64,000 nt of DNA from an uncultured Bifidobacteriaceae bacterium (lineage in GTDB: Bacteria; Actinomycetota; Acidimicrobiia; IMCC26256; PALSA-555). Positions within the stretch are counted from its first letter, which is position 1. Each line of letters begins with the position of its first letter. Location of the stretch: assembly GCA_964532485.1 (NCBI GenBank), contig CAZHKE010000011.1, forward strand, positions 18,647-82,646. Reading direction: 5' to 3'. The notes beneath the pieces are model-generated. The model did no database searches. It was not told where the DNA came from and saw only the letters and a program-made list of their open reading frames with translations. Shown piece by piece: positions 53,261 through 61,092 of this stretch. Position numbers and translations under genes: made by a program.

Positions 53261-53290
53261 GTCGAGGTCGAGGTCGAGGTTGAGGTGAGG
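53261..53290 (+). repeat. Hexanucleotide tandem repeat (GTCGAG)x3 plus two degenerate units (GTTGAG, GTGAGG)
   Basis: Read directly. It lies immediately at or before the CoA-transferase start, and each unit contains GAGG. Confidence 0.8.
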
Positions 53291-55657
53291 ACGGGATCGG
53301 GCGTGGAATCGCTGCTGGAGGGGCTGCGCGTCCTGGATCTGGCCGCTGAGCCGGCGGCGATGGCCGGCCGGGTGCTCGCCGACCTCGGTGCCGAGGTCGT
53401 CGTCGTCGAGCCGCCGGGAGGTCACCCTCTCCGAGCGCAGCGCTACCGCTGGCAGGCCTGGGCCGCGGGCAAGAGGGCCGTCTCGGTCGACGGTCCCGAC
53501 GACGCCCGTCTCGCCACCCTGCTCACCGAGGCCGACGTCGTGATCGAAACGCCGGGGCATCCGGGCACGCTCGCCGTCGATCCGGCACGCGCGCCCGATG
53601 CCGTGTGGGTCAGCGTGACGCCGTTCGGACTGACCGGGCCCCGCGCCGACTGGCGCTCGTCCGACCTCGGGGTGCTCGCAGCCAGCGGCAACATGTACCC
53701 GACGGGCGACCCCGACCGCGCGCCGGTGCGGTGCACGGAGCCGTCGGGCTACGGCCACACCGGCGGTGAGGTCGCGTTCGCCGTGCTGACTGCGCTGTGG
53801 ACGGGCACGGGTCATCGCGTCGACCTCTCGATGCAGGAGTGCGTCGATGTCGCGAACATGGCTGCGCCCGCTCGCTTCGACCAGTCGCACTTCCGAGGCA
53901 GGCGGCTGGGTGCGCACATCGGGCGCACGCGCGAGATCTGGCCGACCCTCGATGGTTGGGTGTCGTTCGGCCTGCGTGGCGGCAAGGCTCGAATTCCGTC
54001 GCTCCAGATCATCACCAAGGCGGTCGCGGACGACGGCGTCGACGCGACTGCCCTGGAGACGCAGGAGTGGGCCGAATGGTCCCCCAACCACGCCCCCGAG
54101 GAGGTGCTGCGCGCGGTCGAGAAGCCGATCGGCGAGTACTTCGCCCGCCACACGATGCAGGAGCTCTACGACCTCGCCTGCGAGACGAACCTCATGCTCG
54201 CCCCCGCCAACTCGCCGCGGGAGATCCTCGCCAGCAAGCAGCTCGCGGCACGTGGGTTCTTCGCCCCCGTCGGCGACGTGCAGCAGTTCCCTGCCACGTT
54301 CGTGCAGGTGCGATCGCACGACGCCCGGGTCGCGAGCGTGGCGCCGAGCGCGCCGGCTCCCGTGAGCGCCGAGCAGCTCACGGGCTTCTCCGCTCCGGGT
54401 GTGCGCGCGACGACCGAGTGGAAGCCGGGGCAGCCGTCATGGGACGGCCTCAAGCTCATCGAGCTGGGATCGGGTGCCGCAGGCCCGATCGCGACGCGCT
54501 ACTTCGTGGAGCACGGAGCGACCGTGCTGCGGATCGAGTCCAAGTCACGACCCGACTTCCTGCGCGTCTACGCGCTCGGGCCCGACAACCCGCACGGGCT
54601 CGAAGGTGCCACGATGTACGACGGGCTCAACGTCGGCAAGCGCAACGTCACGCTCAACCTCAAGAAGGCCGAATCGGTCGAGCTCGTGAAGCGGCTCGTC
54701 GTCGAGTGGGCCGATGCAGTCGCCGAGAACTACGCGCCCCGCGCGATGAAGGCGTTCGGGCTCGACTACGACGCTCTCGTCGAGGTCAAGCCCGACCTCG
54801 TGATGATCAGTGCGTGCCTCAACGGCCAGTTCGGGCCCCACAAGGACTACCCCGGCTTCGGCGGCCAGGGCGCGGCGCTGTCCGGCTACAACTGGCTGAC
54901 CGGATGGCCCGATCTCGAGCCGGTCGGTCCCTACGCGACGATCACCGACTCGCTCGCGCCGCGCTACGTCGCCGCAGCGCTCGCGGCGGGATTGCACTAC
55001 CGCCGGCGCACCGGACGCGGCGCGTACCTCGACCTCTCGCAGGTCGAGGCGGGCACGTGGACGCTCGCACCGTGGCTGCTCGAGTACGCCGACGAGGGCG
55101 TGATCGGCACCCGCGACGGCAACCGCTCCGCGCGAGCGGTGCCCCACGGCGCGTTCCCGTGCGCCGACGAGACGCACCCGGCCCTGGGCACCGTCGGCGA
55201 CCGGTGGGTCGCGATCGCGTGCTGGACCGACGACGAGTGGGCTCGGCTGGCGAAGCTGATCGGGAACGACGACGGCGACCTCGCGACGCTCAACGGCCGA
55301 CGCGCGCGCATCGCTGACGTGGAGGCGATCGTCGGCGAGTGGACCGCGACCCGCAGCCGCACCGAGGTCGCCGAGATGCTGCAACGGGAGGGCGTCGAGG
55401 CGGTGCCCGTCCAGGACTTCGGTGACGTGCACGGCGACCCGCAGCTCGCGGCACGCGACCACTTCGTGGCGCTCGAGCACGCGTTCATGGGTCCGGGGCT
55501 CTACGAGCGCAATGGCTTTCGCGTCTCCGACGCGCCGAGCGGCTACGACCAGGCCGGCCCGACCCTCGGTCAGGACAACGACTGGGTGCTCGGCGAGCTC
55601 CTCGGCCTGAGCGCCGGAGAGCAGCAGCGCCTCCGTGACGAGGGCGCCGTCGAGTAG
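53285..55657 (+). CDS. Tandem-fused family III (CaiB/BaiF) CoA-transferase, two complete domains in one about 790-aa chain
   Basis: Domain 1 begins LEGLRVLDLAAEPAAMAGRVLADLGAEVVVVEPPGG. Domain 2 begins WDGLKLIELGSGAAGPIATRYFVEHGATVLRIESK. The start is GTG 53285 or GTG 53303. Confidence 0.85.
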   Translation: MRTGSGVESLLEGLRVLDLAAEPAAMAGRVLADLGAEVVVVEPPGGHPLRAQRYRWQAWAAGKRAVSVDGPDDARLATLLTEADVVIETPGHPGTLAVDPARAPDAVWVSVTPFGLTGPRADWRSSDLGVLAASGNMYPTGDPDRAPVRCTEPSGYGHTGGEVAFAVLTALWTGTGHRVDLSMQECVDVANMAAPARFDQSHFRGRRLGAHIGRTREIWPTLDGWVSFGLRGGKARIPSLQIITKAVADDGVDATALETQEWAEWSPNHAPEEVLRAVEKPIGEYFARHTMQELYDLACETNLMLAPANSPREILASKQLAARGFFAPVGDVQQFPATFVQVRSHDARVASVAPSAPAPVSAEQLTGFSAPGVRATTEWKPGQPSWDGLKLIELGSGAAGPIATRYFVEHGATVLRIESKSRPDFLRVYALGPDNPHGLEGATMYDGLNVGKRNVTLNLKKAESVELVKRLVVEWADAVAENYAPRAMKAFGLDYDALVEVKPDLVMISACLNGQFGPHKDYPGFGGQGAALSGYNWLTGWPDLEPVGPYATITDSLAPRYVAAALAAGLHYRRRTGRGAYLDLSQVEAGTWTLAPWLLEYADEGVIGTRDGNRSARAVPHGAFPCADETHPALGTVGDRWVAIACWTDDEWARLAKLIGNDDGDLATLNGRRARIADVEAIVGEWTATRSRTEVAEMLQREGVEAVPVQDFGDVHGDPQLAARDHFVALEHAFMGPGLYERNGFRVSDAPSGYDQAGPTLGQDNDWVLGELLGLSAGEQQRLRDEGAVE

Positions 55658-55664
55658 GCCCGCG

Positions 55665-56441
55665 CTACGCGGGCATCGCGAGGCCGCCGTCGACGACGAG
55701 TGTCTGACCAGTGCAGAGCTTGGCGTCGTCGCTGGCGAAGAACACCGCCGCGCCGGTGAGGTCCTCGGGCTCGAGCGTCTGCTTCATCGCCGTCATCGCG
55801 GTCATCCCGCCGATGAACATCTCGGGCACGACCCTCCTGGTCGCCTCTGTCATCGTCACCCCCGGGGCGATGCAGTTGACCGTGATGCCGTACTGCCCGA
55901 GCTGTGCGGCCATGAACTTCGTGAGCCCGACGATCCCCCACTTCGTGATCGAGTAGCTGAAGTTGCCGAGCCCGAGGAACTCGTCCATGGGCGGGAACAT
56001 GTACGAGTAGGCCGCGCCCGACGACTGGTTGATGATGCGACCGCGGCCCTGCTCGACCATCGCCGGTGCGACGGCGCGAGCCATGAGCCACGCGCCGTGC
56101 TGGTTCACGCTCATGATCTCGAGCAGGTAGTCGTAGTCGGCGTTGGCGTTGTCGATGTCGTGGTAGATCGCCGCGTTGTTGACGAGGATGTCGATCTGGC
56201 CGAACTCGTCCTTGGCGGCCCGGGCGCACGCGTCGGCCGACTCCGGGTCGGAGATGTCGGTCTCGACGAGGACGGCTTCGCCCTTGCCGGCGAGCGCGTC
56301 CATGCCAGCCCTCGCACGCTCTGGGTTCACCTCGGCGACGACGACCCTCGCGCCCTCGTCGAGGAACGCCTTCGCGTAGGCGAGTCCGATCCCCTGGCCC
56401 GCGCCCGTGATGATCGCGACGCGCCCGTCGAGTCGTGCCAA
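55665..56441 (-). CDS. SDR family oxidoreductase (FabG-like)
   Basis: AIITGAGQGIG, NNAA and YSITKWG are present. The TTG start is preceded by GGAGGAG. Confidence 0.87.
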   Translation of the reverse strand: MARLDGRVAIITGAGQGIGLAYAKAFLDEGARVVVAEVNPERARAGMDALAGKGEAVLVETDISDPESADACARAAKDEFGQIDILVNNAAIYHDIDNANADYDYLLEIMSVNQHGAWLMARAVAPAMVEQGRGRIINQSSGAAYSYMFPPMDEFLGLGNFSYSITKWGIVGLTKFMAAQLGQYGITVNCIAPGVTMTEATRRVVPEMFIGGMTAMTAMKQTLEPEDLTGAAVFFASDDAKLCTGQTLVVDGGLAMPA

Positions 56442-56453
56442 GGGACTCCTCCC

Positions 56454-56954
56454 CTACTTCTTCGTGCGGCCGATGAGGTTGAACCTCTCGGTCACGACCG
56501 GATCACCGGTGGCGTCGTCGCTCCAGACGGTCTCGATCACGATGAACGTCATCGTGGCGCTGTCGGTCTCCTTCTCGTAGAGATCGACGATCTTCCCCTC
56601 TCCCGAGAGCTCGTCCCCGACGACGGGCGGCCGGTGGTACTCGAACTCCTGCTCGCCGTGCAGGATGAGCGCGCCCTTCCCGTAGAGCTCGCCCATGACG
56701 ACGTGCATCGGGTTGTCCCCGCCGGTCGGGTCCGGCGGCTGGAGCTCCGCGAACGCGCCCATGTGCTGCATCGCGAACGTGAACGTCGGCGGGGCTGGGA
56801 TGCCGTCGAAGCCGGCGGCAGCCGCGGCCTTCGGGTCGCGGTACACGGGGTTGTCGTCGAGCACCGCTCTGGCGAAGTAGCCCACCGGGCCACGCTCGAT
56901 CCGCACCTTGTGCGCGCCGGTCGGCTTCCCGATCAGGCTCGTGTCGACGGTCAT
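56454..56954 (-). CDS. MaoC-like (R)-hydratase N-terminal-type hotdog protein
   Basis: FARAVLDDNPVYRDPKAAAAAGFDGIPAPPTF fits the FAS1/HadA-like dehydratase pattern. Confidence 0.82.
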   Translation of the reverse strand: MTVDTSLIGKPTGAHKVRIERGPVGYFARAVLDDNPVYRDPKAAAAAGFDGIPAPPTFTFAMQHMGAFAELQPPDPTGGDNPMHVVMGELYGKGALILHGEQEFEYHRPPVVGDELSGEGKIVDLYEKETDSATMTFIVIETVWSDDATGDPVVTERFNLIGRTKK

Positions 56955-57021
56955 GTGCGCGTGCTCCCCGTTTGACGACTTCCGACGACGTCGGGCTACC
57001 GTGACGCCGACGTCAGGTTTC

Positions 57022-57034
57022 TCCCAGTCTGGGA
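57022..57034. promoter_or_regulatory. Palindrome TCCCAG-t-CTGGGA in a divergent promoter region (operator candidate)
   Basis: Read directly in the 101-bp spacer between the MaoC and SDR genes. Confidence 0.25.
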
Positions 57035-57055
57035 TCAGCTCGGAAGGACGCGCAA

Positions 57056-57994
57056 ATGGCGGGCATGCTCGACGGCAAGGTCGCGATCGTCACCGGGGCC
57101 GGCAACGGCGTCGGTCGCGGTGAGGCGATCCTCCTCGCCGACCACGGCGCCAAGGTCGTCGTGAACGACCTCGGGAGCTCGGTCACCGGCGAGGGTGCCG
57201 ACGCCAAGGTCGCCGACCAGGTGGTCGAGGCCATCGAGGGCCGCGGGGGCGAGGCGGTCGCCAACTACGACAGCGTCTCCGACTTCGACGGCGCCGCGAA
57301 CATGGTCAAGACCGCTCTCGACAGCTTCGGCAGGCTCGATGTGCTCGTGAACAACGCCGGCGTGCTGCGCGACCGGATGATGTTCTCGATGGAGCCGTCC
57401 GACTTCGACACCGTCGTCAAGGTCCACATGTACGGCGCGTTCAACACGATGCACCACGCCTCGGTGTACTGGCGCAACGAGTCGAAGGAAGGCCGTCAGC
57501 CGAGCGCGTCGATCATCAACACGGTGTCGAGCGCCGGTCTCCAGGGCCAGGCGAGCCAGATCAACTACGGGGCGGCGAAGGCCGGCATCGCGGCGATGAC
57601 GATCATCGCCGGCCTCGAGCTCGTCCGCTACGGCGTCCGCGCGAACTGCATCGGGCCGGGAGGCTTCACACGCATGGTGGGTCAGGCCCGCAGCGACATC
57701 GAGGTCAAGAACCCCGAGGAGTACACCGAGTTCAACGCGATGAACCCGGGCAACTCCGCGCCGGCCGTCGTCTGGCTCGCATCCGACGACTCGAAGCCCG
57801 TGTCGGGCCAGGTGCTGCGCATGGTGGGCAACTCGCTCTGCGTCTACAAGCCGTGGGAGATGGGCGAGGAGTTCTTCGCGACCGACGAGGAGGGGAACCC
57901 GGCACAGTGGGATCCCGCCCGGGTCGGGCACATCCTCAACCGCTACGCGTTCCACACGACGAACCCCGGCATCGACGCCCAACGGCGCGCCTGA
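57056..57994 (+). CDS. SDR of the MFE-2 / Hsd4A-like (3R)-hydroxyacyl-CoA dehydrogenase type
   Basis: VAIVTGAGNGVGRGEA...VVNDLG, NNAGVLRD and YGAAKAG are present. The extended C-terminus is typical of this subgroup. Confidence 0.82.
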   Translation: MAGMLDGKVAIVTGAGNGVGRGEAILLADHGAKVVVNDLGSSVTGEGADAKVADQVVEAIEGRGGEAVANYDSVSDFDGAANMVKTALDSFGRLDVLVNNAGVLRDRMMFSMEPSDFDTVVKVHMYGAFNTMHHASVYWRNESKEGRQPSASIINTVSSAGLQGQASQINYGAAKAGIAAMTIIAGLELVRYGVRANCIGPGGFTRMVGQARSDIEVKNPEEYTEFNAMNPGNSAPAVVWLASDDSKPVSGQVLRMVGNSLCVYKPWEMGEEFFATDEEGNPAQWDPARVGHILNRYAFHTTNPGIDAQRRA

Positions 57995-58092
57995 CCCGGG
58001 GCGCCTGGCCGGGGGCCGCCTGACCCGGGGTGCTGGTCATCCGGTGCGGCTCGCCGCGCCGGAGAACCCCGAGACCGGCAGGAGGCGATTCG

Positions 58093-58860
58093 ATGACAGT
58101 CGAGGTCGACGGGGCCGACCGTTCCCCCACCCGAGGCGTTCGACCCGCCCGCGGGGCCGGCCCGCCACGCTGGGTCGAGCTCGTCCCACCGGCGGTGCTG
58201 CTGGTTGCGTTCGCCGTCATGGCGCTCCTGCGCCCCAACGCCGTGCGCGACCTGTTCTCGGGGACGCAGGCGATCCTCGTCACCGCCGCGATCATCGCGG
58301 GCTGGTTGCTGCTCTCCCGACTGATCCTCCCGCGTCTCGTCCGCAACGCGTGGGTGCGTGTGGGCATCCTCAGCGCGCTGGCAGTGGCGCTCGTCCTCGT
58401 GCTGATCCTGCCCGCCGTGCGCGACAAGAAGGTCGTCGAGACCTTCCCGAGCGCGGCGCCGGCTGCGGCACCATCCGACTCGACCGACGGCTCCACACCG
58501 AGCACGGTCGCCGCCGAGGACACCGCCGCGCCGACCCGCCTCGGCGCGGGCGCACTCACGGGGATCGACCACGACGCGACCGGGACCGCGGTGCTCTACG
58601 AGCAGTCGGACGGCGCGTTCGTCGTCGGACTCGAGGACATCGACGTCGAGCCGGGTCCCGACTACTTCGTGTACCTCGTCCCGGGCAGCGACCGCACCGA
58701 GCCCGGCGACCAAGGCGTGGAGCTCGACGCGCTGCGCGGCAACCAGGGCACGCAGTTCTACGCGGTCCCCGACGGGACGACGCCGACGGCGGGTGGATGG
58801 ACGGTGCTCGTCTGGTGCCGGGCGTTCGCGGTCCCGATCGCGAACGCGACGCCCGTCTGA
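58093..58860 (+). CDS. Membrane protein with a C-terminal DM13-like domain
   Basis: It has three N-terminal TM segments. The C-terminus reads GIDHDATGTAVLYEQSDGAFVVGLEDIDVEPGPDYFVYLVPG...VLVWCRAFAVPIANA, a DM13 pattern as I recall it. GGAGG lies 7 nt upstream of ATG 58093. Confidence 0.65.
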   Translation: MTVEVDGADRSPTRGVRPARGAGPPRWVELVPPAVLLVAFAVMALLRPNAVRDLFSGTQAILVTAAIIAGWLLLSRLILPRLVRNAWVRVGILSALAVALVLVLILPAVRDKKVVETFPSAAPAAAPSDSTDGSTPSTVAAEDTAAPTRLGAGALTGIDHDATGTAVLYEQSDGAFVVGLEDIDVEPGPDYFVYLVPGSDRTEPGDQGVELDALRGNQGTQFYAVPDGTTPTAGGWTVLVWCRAFAVPIANATPV

Positions 58861-58871
58861 CGCTCACGGCC

Positions 58872-58888
58872 AGGGCGCGCGGCGCCCT
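58872..58888. terminator. Short GC hairpin (7-bp stem, 3-nt loop) between convergent genes
   Basis: The sequence is agggcgc-gcg-gcgccct, between the DM13-protein stop and the TetR stop. Confidence 0.3.
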
Positions 58889-59569
58889 CTAGCGCGGGGC
58901 GCCGAAGAAGCCGCGGTGGACGATGGTCGTCATGGTGTCGAGCAGGGCCTCGTCGTCCTCACTCACCCGACCCGACGCCACTCCGTAGCTGACGCGTTCG
59001 AGCATCGCCATCAGTGCCCCCACCGCGGCGCGCTCGTTGTCGGCGATCTCCACGCCCGCCTCGCGCATCCGCTGGCCGAGCCGGTCGCCGATCGCGGTGA
59101 AGGCCTTGACGCCGAGCCGGTCGACGTCTCGGTCACCGACCTGGTCCTCCATCCACGCCCGGATCACGGGCCCGTAGCGCCGGTAGGTTCCGAGGAAGCC
59201 GGCGATGAACGAACGGAGCTCCCGGCGCCCGGAGTCGTCGGTCGTGATCGGGCCGATCGTGTCGGCCAGCGCGGTGAGCTCGTGCGCGCAGTCGACCGCG
59301 AGGGCTCGCAGCAGGTCTTCCTTGTTCGTGAAGTACAGGTAGAACGTGCCGTGTGACGTGCGCGCCGCGCGGACGATGTCGTCGACCCGCGCTGCGTGGT
59401 ACCCGCGTCGTGCGAACACCCGCAACCCGGCGTCGAGGAGCCGCCGCATGGTGCGCTTCCCCTGCGCGCGCAGCTCGCGCCCCGCAGCCGGCGTGCCGGG
59501 CGTCGCCGCCCGTGCGCTACCGTCCGAGGGCGACCCGTGCGGGGTCGCCTTGTACGATGCCGCCGCCAT
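58889..59569 (-). CDS. TetR/AcrR-family transcriptional regulator
   Basis: The HTH region is RRLLDAGLRVFARRGYHAARVDDIVRAARTSHGTFYLYFTNKEDLL. I chose ATG 59569 because TAGGGT lies 10 nt upstream. GTG 59581 and ATG 59449 are alternatives. Confidence 0.82.
   Translation of the reverse strand: MAAASYKATPHGSPSDGSARAATPGTPAAGRELRAQGKRTMRRLLDAGLRVFARRGYHAARVDDIVRAARTSHGTFYLYFTNKEDLLRALAVDCAHELTALADTIGPITTDDSGRRELRSFIAGFLGTYRRYGPVIRAWMEDQVGDRDVDRLGVKAFTAIGDRLGQRMREAGVEIADNERAAVGALMAMLERVSYGVASGRVSEDDEALLDTMTTIVHRGFFGAPR
59529..59549. promoter_or_regulatory. Palindrome GGCGACCC-gtgcg-GGGTCGCC next to the fadD-like -10 box (TetR operator candidate)
   Basis: The arms are perfect 8-nt matches. TACGAT (59553-59558) follows, 9 nt before ATG 59568. 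Confidence 0.4.
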
Positions 59570-61088
59570 GCTCGGCGCCACCCTACGCGAGGCAGCGGTC
59601 CGCTTCGACGACGTTCCGGCATACGTGTCGGAGCGTGGTTGGCCCTTGTCGTACTCGTTCCTCGATCGCGCCTCCGACGAGCTCGCGGTCGGGCTCGCGC
59701 GCCGCGGGGTCGCCGAGGGCTCGGTGGTCGCGCTCGTGCTCCCGCCCGGACCCGAGTACCTGGTCGGCTACCTCGCCGCCGCCAAGCTCGGCGCCGTCAC
59801 CGCGGGCGTCAACGACCGGCTGACATCCGGTGAGCGTGCGGTCGTGCTCGAGCGCGCGACCCCTGACCTGGTCATCGCATCGCCGACGACCGCCCCGGCC
59901 GACCACGACGGGGTCGTGGTCGAGGCGGCGGCGACCGCCGACGAGCTCTACCACGAGGATCGCGTTCCCGATGCCGCGCCTCCCCCGCTGGCGGCCGACC
60001 CCGACCGGGCCGTCGCCATCGTGTTCACGTCGGGCACCACGGGCGTCCCGAAGGGCGCGCTCTACTGCAACCGACAGCTCTCGTTCATCACCCGAACCGA
60101 TGTCGGCGACACCTGGGGCGCGGGCGGCCGCGGGATGACCGGCACGTCGTTCGCGCATCTCGGCTTCATGACCAAGCTGCCCGGGAACCTCCAGCGCGGT
60201 GGCACGCAGCTCATCATGAGCCGCTGGAGCGCGCGCGGCGCGCTCGAGCTCTTGGCGCGCGAGCGGCTGACGACGGTCGGGGGCGTTCCGACCCAGCTCG
60301 CGCTCATGCTCCGTCAGCCCGACTTCGACGACTTCGACCTGAGCAGCGTCGCGCTGATCGTCGCCGGCGGCGGTCCCATCACTCCGGGCCTCGCGCAGGA
60401 GGCGCGCGAGCGCTTCGGCGCCAAGCTCGCGACGCGCTACTCGTGCACGGAGGCCGGCATCGGGCTCGGCACCGGGTACGACGATCCCGACGAGGACGCC
60501 GTCGTGAGCGTGGGCCGTCCGCTGCCCGGAGTCGAGCTCGCCGTGCTCGACGACGACGACCGACCAGTACCGAGCGGCGACGTCGGCACCGTGTGCATCC
60601 GGTCCCCGGCTGTGATGTCGGGCTACTGGCTCGACCCCGACGCGACGGCGGCCGCGTTCACCGCCGACGGCCACGTCCGCACCGGGGACCTCGGGTGGGT
60701 CGACGAGCACGGACGGCTCCGCCTCGTCGGCCGCTCGAAGGAGATGTACGTGCGCGGCGGCTACAACGTGTACCCGGTCGAGGTGGAGGCCGTGCTGTCG
60801 CAGCACCCGGCGATCGCGTCGGTCGCGGTCGTGCCTCGTGCCGACCCGGTGATGGGCGAGGTCGGCGTGGCGGTCGTCGTGCCCGCCGAGGGCGCAGGAG
60901 CGCCACCGCTCGCGGAACTGCGCGCGTTCGCCCGGGACGATCTCGCCGCGTACAAGCTGCCCGAGGACCTGCACGTGGTCGAAGCGCTGCCCCTCACCGC
61001 CGGCGACAAGGTCGATCGCCGCGTCCTCACCGAGTCGATCCAGCAGACCAGCGCGCCGCGGCACCCAGAGACGACAGGACCCCGGTAG
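59568..61088 (+). CDS. AMP-dependent acyl-CoA synthetase/ligase (FadD-like)
   Basis: The AMP-binding motif FTSGTTGVPKG, TGDLGWVDEHGRLRLVGRSKE and a C-terminal K are present. Confidence 0.9.
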   Translation: MLGATLREAAVRFDDVPAYVSERGWPLSYSFLDRASDELAVGLARRGVAEGSVVALVLPPGPEYLVGYLAAAKLGAVTAGVNDRLTSGERAVVLERATPDLVIASPTTAPADHDGVVVEAAATADELYHEDRVPDAAPPPLAADPDRAVAIVFTSGTTGVPKGALYCNRQLSFITRTDVGDTWGAGGRGMTGTSFAHLGFMTKLPGNLQRGGTQLIMSRWSARGALELLARERLTTVGGVPTQLALMLRQPDFDDFDLSSVALIVAGGGPITPGLAQEARERFGAKLATRYSCTEAGIGLGTGYDDPDEDAVVSVGRPLPGVELAVLDDDDRPVPSGDVGTVCIRSPAVMSGYWLDPDATAAAFTADGHVRTGDLGWVDEHGRLRLVGRSKEMYVRGGYNVYPVEVEAVLSQHPAIASVAVVPRADPVMGEVGVAVVVPAEGAGAPPLAELRAFARDDLAAYKLPEDLHVVEALPLTAGDKVDRRVLTESIQQTSAPRHPETTGPR

Positions 61089-61092
61089 CCGC

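Noticed and set aside
53261-53290. The short tandem repeats (also 3544-3579 and 49204-49244) as a possible CRISPR or minisatellite array
   Set aside because: They have only 2-5 units of 6-24 nt with no spacer/repeat architecture and no cas genes. They are simple slippage or duplication repeats.
52025-54319. 764-aa minus-strand ORF and 935-aa plus-strand ORF (52850..55657) taken at full length
   Set aside because: Each is a real gene (amidohydrolase, CoA-transferase) plus a long spurious 5' extension running antisense through the other. I trimmed them to ATG 53173 and GTG 53285.
57989-58030. 13-nt direct repeat GCCTGACCCGGGG (two copies, 29 nt apart) after the SDR stop, as a possible terminator or regulatory repeat
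   Set aside because: It can form only a 6-bp CCCGGG pairing with a long loop and has no U-tract. The first copy includes the stop codon. It is likely a local duplication with weak functional support, so I noted it but did not call it.
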